From IMG/VR virus record IMGVR_UViG_3300025413_001239: 64,000 nt of DNA. One strand, written 5' to 3'. The DNA comes from a virus. Lineage: Duplodnaviria; Caudoviricetes. Every line of letters starts with the position of its first letter. Position 1 is the first letter of the stretch. The notes below the pieces were generated by a model. It did not search any database. It had not been told where the DNA came from and saw nothing but the letters and a program-made list of their open reading frames with translations. Of this stretch, positions 38,054 to 47,696 are shown in pieces. The translations under genes and the position numbers were made by a program.

Positions 38054-38410
38054 ATGACACATTAGGTATCTAACACTGAGAAATTAAGAGTAATCACAAG
38101 AAGAGACTTGAGTTTAGGGTATCAAGCAACAATGGCATGTCATGCTGCAATAGACTTTCAGCACGAACATATAGCTGAGTCGATACAATGGCACAAGTCA
38201 TCTAATTATTTAGCCATTTTAACTGTTAAAGACGAACAAGAACTTATTGACTTAATGGTCAAAGTTAGTCTTAGAGGTATTAAGTATACCATTTTCCGTG
38301 AACCAGATTTAGAGAATCAAATTACAGCTGTGGCTTTAGAAGCTACAAATGCTAGTAAAAAAGTAACAAGTTCTTTACCATTACTTGGAAAGGAGGTAAG
38401 TTATGTATAA
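38054..38410 (+). CDS. Pth2-like peptidyl-tRNA hydrolase with in-frame TAG at codon 4
   Basis: ATG ACA CAT TAG GTA...KLRVITRRDLSLGYQATMACHAA...FREPDLENQITAVAL...SLPLL. Confidence 0.75.
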
Positions 38411-38753
38411 TTTACTAGAAAACGAAACTTGTAGTTTACAGGGTTGTTTAGCTGATAAAGCTTATGCTATTGTTGATTTATCAACGAAAAGGGTTCATAG
38501 AATAAGTTTCAGCAAATCATTATTAGAGCATATTATAGACACAACCGATAGTCCTTTTGTTGTAAAAGAGGTAACATTTGTTTTAGGTCGAAAATTGTTA
38601 AGTGGTGAAACTAGTTTAACGGGTATATATGCCTTGGTTAAGAGTAAAAATAATTGGACATTACGAATTTCTTTATTTAAAGATATTGCAAACTATCTTT
38701 GTGATTTTGAAACTAGAAGTCTTAGAGAGTGTATAATAACAAAAATTAATTAA
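38403..38753 (+). CDS. hypothetical protein
   Basis: ORF overlapping the Pth stop. Confidence 0.65.
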   Translation: MYNLLENETCSLQGCLADKAYAIVDLSTKRVHRISFSKSLLEHIIDTTDSPFVVKEVTFVLGRKLLSGETSLTGIYALVKSKNNWTLRISLFKDIANYLCDFETRSLRECIITKIN

Positions 38754-38757
38754 TAAA

Positions 38758-38965
38758 GCGCCTTTAGTTTAACTGGATAAAATATCCGAGTCGAATCGGA
38801 AGTGGTGTTGGCTTTTTAAGGTTGTGAAAGCTAGATTGAAACGTCAAAGGGAGGTTGCAACAGTACCGATGATTAGTAAACTAGTTAGTAATGGTAAACG
38901 GGCTAAAAAACGTATTTAGTCTCTTAACTGGTCAAACGGTGGGGGTTCGAATCCTTCAGGGTGCT
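38758..38965 (+). ncRNA. tRNA-Arg-like RNA with about 130-nt insertion in the variable region
   Basis: gcgcctt/agggtgc acceptor, D-arm, tccga/tcgga stem with 6-nt loop, T-arm ggggg-TTCGAAT-ccttc about 140 nt later. Confidence 0.55.
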
Positions 38966-39082
38966 CATTAAATAACAAATTAAAAATAGAAAAATATGAG
39001 ATAGGTAATCAGGGGTCCAACATGACTTTAAATTTTATAAAAAAAACATCAACAATAACAAAAAAAATAAAATTTAAAGAAA

Positions 39083-39382
39083 ATGAGTAAGATTAGTCAC
39101 AACCCAACAACAATGATAAAGAGCAAGTTCTCTAACGAAGTGCATAAATTAATTTTAGGCCCTAACATGGGTACAAAAACACGTGATAGGTGGCGTTTAC
39201 CTAAAAAGAAATTAACTGATGCTGAAAAGCTTGAGTTGTTTGATAAGATAGTGGAAGCGCATAATTCATGCACAGCTGAGTTAACAGCTTATCAATATGA
39301 TAGGCGAGAAAAGAAAAGAATCAAAAAAGCACGTATTGCTCGTGGCTGGGTGCCAAAAGTTAAGACAAAAAAAGTAGCATAA
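39083..39382 (+). CDS. basic hypothetical protein
   Basis: ORF followed by terminator hairpin. Confidence 0.65.
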   Translation: MSKISHNPTTMIKSKFSNEVHKLILGPNMGTKTRDRWRLPKKKLTDAEKLELFDKIVEAHNSCTAELTAYQYDRREKKRIKKARIARGWVPKVKTKKVA

Positions 39383-39471
39383 ATTAAAGGGAGAAGAAAT
39401 TCTCCTTTTTTATTTGGTAGTGTTAAGTAAATACCATATATTTGCATTTTATTAAACATAAAATTATACGC

Positions 39472-41442
39472 ATGAAAAATTTACTTACATTGATTTGCTT
39501 ATTAGTAACATTTCAATTAATCGCACAAGACACAATTAAGTCAAAGACTCTAGAACCAATACAAATTACTTGTGTTAGGGCTGATAAGAAAATCCCAGTA
39601 ACACAAAAAACGCTCTCCGATTCGGCTATTCAAGCGAATTATCAGGGTCAAGAAATACCTATGTTGTTAGGTTCTCAAACATCAATTTACACGAATTGTG
39701 ATGGTGGTCATAACGCTGGTTATAGTTACTTTAGCATCAGGGGTATTGACCAAACAAGAATAAACATAACTCTTAATGGTGTTCCATTGAATGAAGGTGA
39801 AGACATGGCTTGTTATACGTCTAATTATCCAAGTTTTACCAGCGCAATTCAATCTATGCAAATTCAACGTGGTGTGGGTACATCATCTAACGGCGCATCA
39901 TCCTTCGGTGGCTCATTGAACTTTCAAAGCAAGGATGGCCTTATTAAGGGTACTGATATTCAAATAGGTGGTGGTTCATTTAATACATCAAGATTTGACA
40001 TATCCACATCCACAGGTTTATCCAAACACAAATTAGCCTTATTCGCTAATATTGGTGGTATACAAACTGATGGCTTTAGAGATAATTCAGGTTGTAAGGG
40101 TGGTTCCGCTTTTGTGAGTCTTGGTTACTTCGGGAAGTCTAGTATTACAAAACTTAACCTATTAACAGGAATATCACAAAACAAACAAGCTTGGATGGGT
40201 TCAAGTGATTCAGCATTAGCAGCTAATTATCGTGATAACCCAAGAGGTGGTGATAATATGGATAATTTCAATCAAACGAATGTTCAATTGCAGAACATAA
40301 CAATGTTTAATACACGGTTTAAATTAACCAGCACTGCGTTTTATAATTACTTAGATGGTCACTATAATGTGTTTAACTTAAAGGATATACCAGTTAATAA
40401 TTATTTTGCATACGAAAGCCAGTATTCACGATGGATTGGTGCGGTAACTCAATTAGATTATAACTATGGTGATTTTAAGGTTACTTCAAGCCTTTCAGCC
40501 AGTACTTATACGAGGTTCCATAATGGTTATGAGATTTACGATACAACACTTACTGAATATCCCTATACTAATAGTGGTAAAAAGAATGATGCAAATGCAT
40601 TCATAAAGTTTAGTTATGACACTAAAAGAGTCTTGTATTATATCGACTTACAAGAAAGATTTGTTGATTATAAGTACTCTGGTGATACAAGTGTTTATCA
40701 AAGCTGGAAGTTCTTTAACCCAAAGGCTGGTGTTAAGTTCTTCATAAACAAGAGTTTGGATGTGTATTGGAGCGTAGGTTTATCTCATAGAGAACCAACA
40801 CACTCAATAATGCTTAATGGTTGGTTGTACTTAAACTCTTATAATCCGATTACAATAGTTAAGCCTGAGGAAGTAATTGATAATGAAATAGGTGTAAATT
40901 ACACGTCAAGTAAACTAAAATTACAAGCTAATGTTTATGTAATGAAATTTACGAATGAAATGATAGCTGCTGGGCCGATGGGTAATAACAGTCTTCCTAT
41001 TATGATGAATGTTCCTAATAGTCTAAGATATGGCTTCGAATTTGATTGTACTTATAAAGTAAATAAGTCGTTTACTTATGATATTAATTCAACATTATCT
41101 AATGGTCAGTTTAAAGTTGATAGCGGTACGTATAGCTACTTATTTAATCCAAATTTTATGTTTAAGCATTCGATTAACTATACACATAATAAGTTATTTG
41201 TAAGCCTTAATCAAGCATATATTTCAAGAGTTTACATTGATAAGGCTAATCAATTTACTTTGCCAATATCATCTACAATCGGTTTGAATCTTGGATATAC
41301 CTTTGGTCGTTATCAAGTATCAATTCAGGGTAACAATTTAACAGGTGAGAAGACTTATAGCAATGGTTCAGTTACTGGTGTTAGGTATAGAATACCTAAC
41401 GCTTTACAAAATTACTTCATAACCCTTAAAATACACTTATGA
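39472..41442 (+). CDS. TonB-dependent receptor
   Basis: signal peptide, plug motifs (SIRG, RINITLNGVPLN, IQRGVGTSSNG..SFGGSLN), beta-barrel, C-terminal YFITLKIHL. Confidence 0.9.
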   Translation: MKNLLTLICLLVTFQLIAQDTIKSKTLEPIQITCVRADKKIPVTQKTLSDSAIQANYQGQEIPMLLGSQTSIYTNCDGGHNAGYSYFSIRGIDQTRINITLNGVPLNEGEDMACYTSNYPSFTSAIQSMQIQRGVGTSSNGASSFGGSLNFQSKDGLIKGTDIQIGGGSFNTSRFDISTSTGLSKHKLALFANIGGIQTDGFRDNSGCKGGSAFVSLGYFGKSSITKLNLLTGISQNKQAWMGSSDSALAANYRDNPRGGDNMDNFNQTNVQLQNITMFNTRFKLTSTAFYNYLDGHYNVFNLKDIPVNNYFAYESQYSRWIGAVTQLDYNYGDFKVTSSLSASTYTRFHNGYEIYDTTLTEYPYTNSGKKNDANAFIKFSYDTKRVLYYIDLQERFVDYKYSGDTSVYQSWKFFNPKAGVKFFINKSLDVYWSVGLSHREPTHSIMLNGWLYLNSYNPITIVKPEEVIDNEIGVNYTSSKLKLQANVYVMKFTNEMIAAGPMGNNSLPIMMNVPNSLRYGFEFDCTYKVNKSFTYDINSTLSNGQFKVDSGTYSYLFNPNFMFKHSINYTHNKLFVSLNQAYISRVYIDKANQFTLPISSTIGLNLGYTFGRYQVSIQGNNLTGEKTYSNGSVTGVRYRIPNALQNYFITLKIHL

Positions 41443-41981
41443 TAGAGTTTATTGGTGCTTTATTCACGCTTTTATCAGCATATTATACTGTAAAAGAAAA
41501 GGTCATTTGTTGGCCGTTAGCGATAGCATCAACGATTATCTACATATATTTACTATATATTGAGAAATTGTATGGTCAGGTATTTGTCGATATATTAACG
41601 TTATTTCAATGCGCTTACGGTTGGTATTATTGGGATAAAACTGATAATAAGCAGCCTGAAAGACTTAAACCCATTAAGTTTGTTAGAGATATATTTCTTT
41701 TAGTTCTAATATCTAGTATTACAATATACTACATAAGAACATATACTAATAATCCACAACCAGTATCGGATATTACGTCAACATACTTAGCACTTTTAGC
41801 TAATTGGTATTTAGCTAAGAAGTTTATTGATGGGTTTTATGTTTGGGTTATAGCCGATATAATACTAGCGTATATGTTTTATTATCAACATATGTATTGG
41901 TCAATGGGTTTATTTATTATTTTAATAGGGTTCGCCCTTCAAGGTCAATTCGCATGGCAAAAGAGTTTAAAAACGGACTAG
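41439..41981 (+). CDS. pnuC: PnuC-family nicotinamide riboside transporter
   Basis: multi-TM; LYGQ...YGWYYW, ANWYLAKK, WVIAD. Confidence 0.85.
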   Translation: MIEFIGALFTLLSAYYTVKEKVICWPLAIASTIIYIYLLYIEKLYGQVFVDILTLFQCAYGWYYWDKTDNKQPERLKPIKFVRDIFLLVLISSITIYYIRTYTNNPQPVSDITSTYLALLANWYLAKKFIDGFYVWVIADIILAYMFYYQHMYWSMGLFIILIGFALQGQFAWQKSLKTD

Positions 41982-42955
41982 TACTTGGGAAATGTTTTCC
42001 ATTTCACTTAGGACATAAATATCTTATTGATTCAGCAATTAAGCAATGTGATACGGTTCACGTTATGGTTTGTTCACTTAAACGTGAAAATATAGCTGGT
42101 GAATTACGTTATGAATGGGTTAAAGAAACATATATGAATAACCCTAGTGTGAATGTTATTCATTGTGATGATGAAAATCCTCAACATCCACCAGAATGTG
42201 CTAGTGTTGATGAATTTTATAATAAGTATTGGGTACCGACTGTATACAAGCATGTTAAGGAACTGGATGTTGTATTTACTTCTGAGGATTACGGTGATGA
42301 ATTTGCCAGTTACTTAGGTGTTAAGCATGTGCTTGTTGATAAAGCTAGAACAGCTTATCCTGTATCTGGAACTTCGGTTAGAGAGAATCCTTATGCAAAT
42401 TGGGATTTAATACCTGATAATGTTAAAAAATACTTTATTAAAAAGATTGTTATTTTAGGTCCTGAATCTGTTGGTAAATCAACGATGGTTAAAAAGTTGG
42501 CTGAGCATTTGGGTTGTAAGTATATCGATGAGTTCGGTAGGACTTATACTGAATTAACTGGAACTGATAATCTTCAAATATTTGATTTTGAAGCGATAGC
42601 TCATTGGCATAATCATCATATTGAAAAGGCTGAAATTGATAAGTACTTAATAATTGATACAGAAGCGATTACAACTAAGATATTTGCTGAAATGTACTTA
42701 GGTAAACGTGAAAGTGAATCTAAATTCATAGATGAAATCATAAGTGAGCAACATTTCGATTTATACTTAGTGCTAAACGTTGATGTTCCTTGGGTTGATG
42801 ATGGTACAAGAGACTTTCCAGAGGGTCGTGAAGAGCATCTAAACACTATTATCTCTAATTTAGAGGAAAGAGGTTTAGAATACAAGCTTATTAGCGGTGA
42901 TAATTACGATGAAAGATTTGAAAAAGCCTTAGAAGAAGTTAAAAAGTTGGGATGA
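41954..42955 (+). CDS. nadR: NadR-like NMN adenylyltransferase / ribosylnicotinamide kinase
   Basis: GKCFPFHLGH HxGH motif; GPESVGKST Walker A; DVPWVDDGTR. Confidence 0.9.
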   Translation: MAKEFKNGLVLGKCFPFHLGHKYLIDSAIKQCDTVHVMVCSLKRENIAGELRYEWVKETYMNNPSVNVIHCDDENPQHPPECASVDEFYNKYWVPTVYKHVKELDVVFTSEDYGDEFASYLGVKHVLVDKARTAYPVSGTSVRENPYANWDLIPDNVKKYFIKKIVILGPESVGKSTMVKKLAEHLGCKYIDEFGRTYTELTGTDNLQIFDFEAIAHWHNHHIEKAEIDKYLIIDTEAITTKIFAEMYLGKRESESKFIDEIISEQHFDLYLVLNVDVPWVDDGTRDFPEGREEHLNTIISNLEERGLEYKLISGDNYDERFEKALEEVKKLG

Positions 42956-42958
42956 CAT

Positions 42959-44194
42959 TTAAATAACAATTAAATCGTTATTTATTTGATTACGGACATT
43001 ATTGTTCATAATCACACTAGTGTAATCCAGTGGCTTTGTCATTGAAGCAAGGTGATTGTCGTAATATCTTTTCATTATGTTGATAGCTGAGTTTAAATCT
43101 CTATCTATTTCGACATTATCACTTAGTTTAACAGTTCTATCCTTTAACTCAACTTTATCTTTAAATAGCTTACCAGTAAGACTATTCAATTGAGTGGTGT
43201 ATTTTTCATCAATCTTAATTAAATCACATTGTTTATTTTGTGACTTATACTTAAGAAATTCTAAGAACATATTAATATTAGATTCATTAAATGATTTTCT
43301 AATACCCTTTTTATTCTTATTTACTCCTTCTGTTGACATAAGGGTTTTTACTGTTAAATCGCCAACTACAATTGTTTTGTAGTTCATATTCACTAATTTT
43401 TTACTCTGAATATGTAGAGTTTGTTTAATTTGACTATTCTTCTTATTATATAGTTTTCTTTTAACTTTATTTAATTTATTAAAGGATTTACTATTCTTTT
43501 GTTTTTTGCTTAACTTAGACTTAATCTTATTAATCTGTTTACCGAAGTACTGATTAATCCTCTTTGATTTATTTTTAAGAATAACAACGGTACCATTGTT
43601 ATCCACACCAGTACCTAAATTCTTTAGACCTAAATCAATAGCGAGTACTCTTGATTTAATTATTAAATCATCTGAGTAGTTTATTTTATCATCGACAACA
43701 ATATCACAAAGCCACTTATTATTAATAAATTTGACTCTAATTTCTTTAATATTTAATTCAGATAAGTTTGTTAAATGACTTGAATATTTAAAATTAATTT
43801 TATTTATTGAAATTATACTATTTTCTTTGAATATCCAACCATTTAGGTTAAAAACTAATGTATGATACTTTCCGAGTTCTTTTGTCTTTGGTGGTCTAGC
43901 TGTATTATCTTTTTTAATAAGTGTGAAGAAAGATTGGTATGATTGAAATATTTCAGCTGCCACAACTTGTGCTGCTTTTGCATTAAATTGTTTCCAAGAT
44001 TCCTTGGTTGAATATTTCAATGGTGGAATGAGGTTAATTAAATCAAACTTTGAGTATACCTTTTTAGTTGATTCATAGTGTTTTTGCTGAATATCAATAA
44101 GAGTGTTCCAAATATCCATACGAATATCAGACAACTGTTTTAGTTGAGATACCTGTTCTGTTGTTGGGTGTAACCTTATTGAGTATGTTTTCAT
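42959..44194 (-). mobile_element. tnpB: IS200/IS605-type TnpB RNA-guided nuclease without TnpA, rearranged-RuvC type
   Basis: KTYSIRLHPT; AIDLG; VVGDL; IDEKYTTQ; DRDLNSAINI. Confidence 0.85.
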
Positions 44195-44308
44195 TTAATA
44201 TATAATTAACTTTATTCTCTGTTATATATTATAAATATCAGGTAAAAATAAAAAAGACAATAAATTTCGAAAAAAGTTGGGATATTTATAATAAATATCT
44301 TAACAAAT

Positions 44309-45169
44309 ATGATTTCAAATATAAGAAAAATTTTAAGGGAAAACGTTGATAAAACGATAACTTGTCAGAAGTGTGGTTGGCATTGGAAAGAGTCTGAATC
44401 TTCAAAAGAAGAGATGTATAAGTGCCATAAGTGTGGCCATGATAATAAACTACCAAGACCATTTGTTGACCCAAACCAATTATCATTATTTGAATCGTTA
44501 AGGTCTAAAGTACTTAACAAAAAGCCTCTAAATGAAAAACTCTTATTAAAGAGTTGGGATGAATATGCTAAACTAGTAACCAAAGCATACGCTGAGGCAC
44601 CAGAATACGAATCAGATGCTGTAAGGCATTGGAACGCTCTTAATCAATCCAATTATACACTATTTAAAAGGCTTTTAAGTAAAATCAATGTACTTTTTGT
44701 TACGGTAGATAAATCTAAAGTTGGTGGTGTGAATATTCTTGGTAGAAACTATAAGATAATATATCAAGCTGGCGAACCATACGCAACTCAAAGTGAAATG
44801 AAAGCTGATTTACAAAAAACAGGGACACTTAAAATTAATATAGATTATTCTGACCATCCTATTTTTTCTGTTGAAGATAATATAGTATTTAGAACAGTAC
44901 ATGATTATATTGTTCATATCTTAGGTAATAAACAATTTGGTGCACAAGGTGAAATAGCTTCATATAATTTACACGCTAAATTAGTACCTAGAGAAGCTAT
45001 ACCAGCCATATTTACAGAGGTTGTTGGTCAAGCATGTACTAGGGTTGTAACTGGTAGTTTCCCAGTACAAAAAATTGCAATTCTTAAAGGTTTCGATTAT
45101 CTAAATATTGGTAAAGTTGAAGACTATGAAATAAAAAATAAAGAATTAGATTTGACTAATCCAAAATAA
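44309..45169 (+). CDS. hypothetical protein with Zn-ribbon and FRTVHDYIVH motif, TATTTATA promoter class
   Basis: CQKC/CHKC; conserved-looking HD-H segment. Confidence 0.7.
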   Translation: MISNIRKILRENVDKTITCQKCGWHWKESESSKEEMYKCHKCGHDNKLPRPFVDPNQLSLFESLRSKVLNKKPLNEKLLLKSWDEYAKLVTKAYAEAPEYESDAVRHWNALNQSNYTLFKRLLSKINVLFVTVDKSKVGGVNILGRNYKIIYQAGEPYATQSEMKADLQKTGTLKINIDYSDHPIFSVEDNIVFRTVHDYIVHILGNKQFGAQGEIASYNLHAKLVPREAIPAIFTEVVGQACTRVVTGSFPVQKIAILKGFDYLNIGKVEDYEIKNKELDLTNPK

Positions 45170-45260
45170 AGTCATATATTTGCAGCATGAAACAGTTTAT
45201 AAAGGATAGAGTTGAAGATACTTTTCGTATATTTCGATATATTTATTATAAAAGAAAAAT

Positions 45261-46124
45261 ATGCGAACATTTTGGAAGACTGAAGAAGTTGAATTATTAA
45301 AAGAATTGTATGAAAATCAAGGTTTGTCGATAAGTGAATTGTATCCGATTTTTAGTTTGAGATTTAATAGAACTTTAGATAGTGTTAAAGTTAAAATGGG
45401 TAAACTTAAACTAAAACATACTAAAGAACAAATAGCTAAATTAAAATCAAGGTTGAATTCTGGTGAATTAAATGGGATGTACAATAAAACATCTGCAATG
45501 AAGGGGTTAACTAAAGAAAATTCTGAAATTGTTAGATTAAAATCAGAAAAAACGTCTAAAACTAGAATAGAAATGTATAAAAAAGGATTATTACCAGATG
45601 TATCTGGGGAAAATAATCCAATGTTCGGGGCAACTCCTTGGTCGAAAGGTAAAACAAAATTTAATGATATTAGATTATATAATATTGGGATTAAAAGTTC
45701 AATTAGTAAAAAAGAATTGTGGTTAAAGAAAACTAATGAGGAAAAAGAAATCATAATAAGAAGATTAAATGATGCTATGATTCAAGTTAGGAAACCAACT
45801 AAAATTGAATTAAAAATGGTCGATTATTTAAGTAAATTAGATATTGAATTTATTAAAAATTTTAGAATAAAGAATTTTTTAGTTGATTTTTATTTACCTA
45901 ATAATAATTTAGTTATTGAATGTGACGGTGATTATTGGCATGCAAATCCATTAATTTATGAAGGAAAAGAGTTAGATAAGATTCAACTAAAAAATCGTAA
46001 CAGAGATAGAAAAAAGGAAGAAATGTTAATAAAATCCAACATTAATCTTGTTCGTTTTTGGGAATTTGATATTAAAAATCATTTTGAAAGTGTTGAACAG
46101 AAATTATTAACAATGTTAAAATAA
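45261..46124 (+). CDS. DUF559/Vsr-like (PD-(D/E)XK) putative homing endonuclease with NUMOD3 motif
   Basis: SGENNPMFG; VDFYLP...IECDGDYWH...RFWE. Confidence 0.8.
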   Translation: MRTFWKTEEVELLKELYENQGLSISELYPIFSLRFNRTLDSVKVKMGKLKLKHTKEQIAKLKSRLNSGELNGMYNKTSAMKGLTKENSEIVRLKSEKTSKTRIEMYKKGLLPDVSGENNPMFGATPWSKGKTKFNDIRLYNIGIKSSISKKELWLKKTNEEKEIIIRRLNDAMIQVRKPTKIELKMVDYLSKLDIEFIKNFRIKNFLVDFYLPNNNLVIECDGDYWHANPLIYEGKELDKIQLKNRNRDRKKEEMLIKSNINLVRFWEFDIKNHFESVEQKLLTMLK

Positions 46125-46128
46125 ATAT

Positions 46129-47271
46129 ATGATAGATAAAATTGGTATTAGATATACGTTTAAGATTTCGGTACCACTAGATGTTTTAAAGATAAAAGAA
46201 GTTTTTACTAAGAATGGTCATCAACTATTTCTAGTTGGTGGTTGTATTCGTGATACCATATTAAATGTAACACCTAAAGATTTTGATTTAGTTACAAATG
46301 TTTCGCCAGAAGAGGTTATTAGAATTTTAAAGCATGAAAAGTTTGTTACAACAATATTAGAAACTGGAAAATCATTTGGTGTTATTAATGTTATAACTAG
46401 CGATAATGAATTTGAAATTGCTACGATGCGCAATGATGTGTTTAGTGATACACCAAATGGGAGGCATCCAGACCGTGTTATCTTTGGTGATATTTTTACT
46501 GATTGTATGCGAAGGGATTATACCATGAATGCGCTTTTTTATGACTTAGATACTAATGAAATAATTGACTTCGTTAATGGTGTTAATGATATTGAAAAAT
46601 CTTTAATTAAGGCGGTTGGGAATCCAGAAGAAAGATTTAAAGAAGATAAATTACGCAAACTTAGGGGCGTTAGGCTGGCGGCCAGATTTGGCTCTGAATT
46701 GGACCCTGAGATTGATGCCGCATTAAAAAGAGATGCCAGTCTGGAAGGTATATCTGGTGAAAGAATCAGAGATGAGTTTATAAAGGGTATCAAATCAGCT
46801 AAGTCAGTTGTTAAATTCTTGGAAATGCTTGATAGGTATCATTTATTTAATTGGATATTTAAGGGCTTACATGTAAATAAAGACTTTATTGAGGATAGAA
46901 ATGTTGTAGTTCTTATTGCTATTTTATTAAAGGGTAACAACATAGGTGTTATAGCTAAGCAATTGAACAATCTTAAGTATTCTGTTGATGAGATTAAATC
47001 AATCACATTCTTATTGAGTTTATTGCATTTAACACCTGAGACAGCAGTTGCTTTAAAGAGACAACAAAAGAACGCTTACACATCAAATCATCAAATAATT
47101 GATTTTGCTAACCGTGAAGGTTTAAATACAAGATTGATACATGCGTTTTTAAATTTTGAGTTGACCGTTACTGGCGAAGAAGTTATGCAAAAGTTCAATT
47201 TGAAGCAAGGCAAAGAGTTAGGTGATATGATAAATAAATTGGAATTGGATAATTTTAAAAAAAGTTTGTAA
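46129..47271 (+). CDS. cca: CCA-adding tRNA nucleotidyltransferase
   Basis: LVGGCIRD, KDFDLVT, RRDYTMNA, EDKLRKLRGVR, SGERIRDE. Confidence 0.9.
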   Translation: MIDKIGIRYTFKISVPLDVLKIKEVFTKNGHQLFLVGGCIRDTILNVTPKDFDLVTNVSPEEVIRILKHEKFVTTILETGKSFGVINVITSDNEFEIATMRNDVFSDTPNGRHPDRVIFGDIFTDCMRRDYTMNALFYDLDTNEIIDFVNGVNDIEKSLIKAVGNPEERFKEDKLRKLRGVRLAARFGSELDPEIDAALKRDASLEGISGERIRDEFIKGIKSAKSVVKFLEMLDRYHLFNWIFKGLHVNKDFIEDRNVVVLIAILLKGNNIGVIAKQLNNLKYSVDEIKSITFLLSLLHLTPETAVALKRQQKNAYTSNHQIIDFANREGLNTRLIHAFLNFELTVTGEEVMQKFNLKQGKELGDMINKLELDNFKKSL

Positions 47272-47345
47272 AAAAGTTGTTTATTCAAAATAAGTTCGTA
47301 TATTTGCATTATAATTATAATTTTTAAATTTAAAAAGGTAAAAAG

Positions 47346-47570
47346 ATGAAGACAATCACGTTAGAACCGAGTACTAACACTCACACAATGACAGATGTTT
47401 TGGAATCAACAGCAATTGATACAAGCATCCTTAAGTTAAAAACAAACAAAAAGAGCAAGGTGGTTCACGGCGAACACGGCACTTTGGGTATCGAAAGCGA
47501 ACACGTAATCAAATACGTTCAGCAAGAACTTAACCCGATTACCAAGAAGTTGCAAAACGCTTGGGACTAA
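47346..47570 (+). CDS. hypothetical protein
   Basis: ORF between promoter and terminator. Confidence 0.7.
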   Translation: MKTITLEPSTNTHTMTDVLESTAIDTSILKLKTNKKSKVVHGEHGTLGIESEHVIKYVQQELNPITKKLQNAWD

Positions 47571-47696
47571 AAAATTTAGAAAAGAGAAAGCCAAAAACTT
47601 TCTCTTTTTTATTTTAAAAAAAAATTTGTTCGTTTCAAAAAAAGCTGTATATTTGCATTCTAAATAATTTATTAATAATTAAAAAAAAAAAAGACA

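Noticed and set aside
38758-38965. Canonical tmRNA or group I intron call
   Set aside because: Too short, with no recognisable tag or resume consensus and no clear P7 core; kept only as an unusual tRNA-like RNA.
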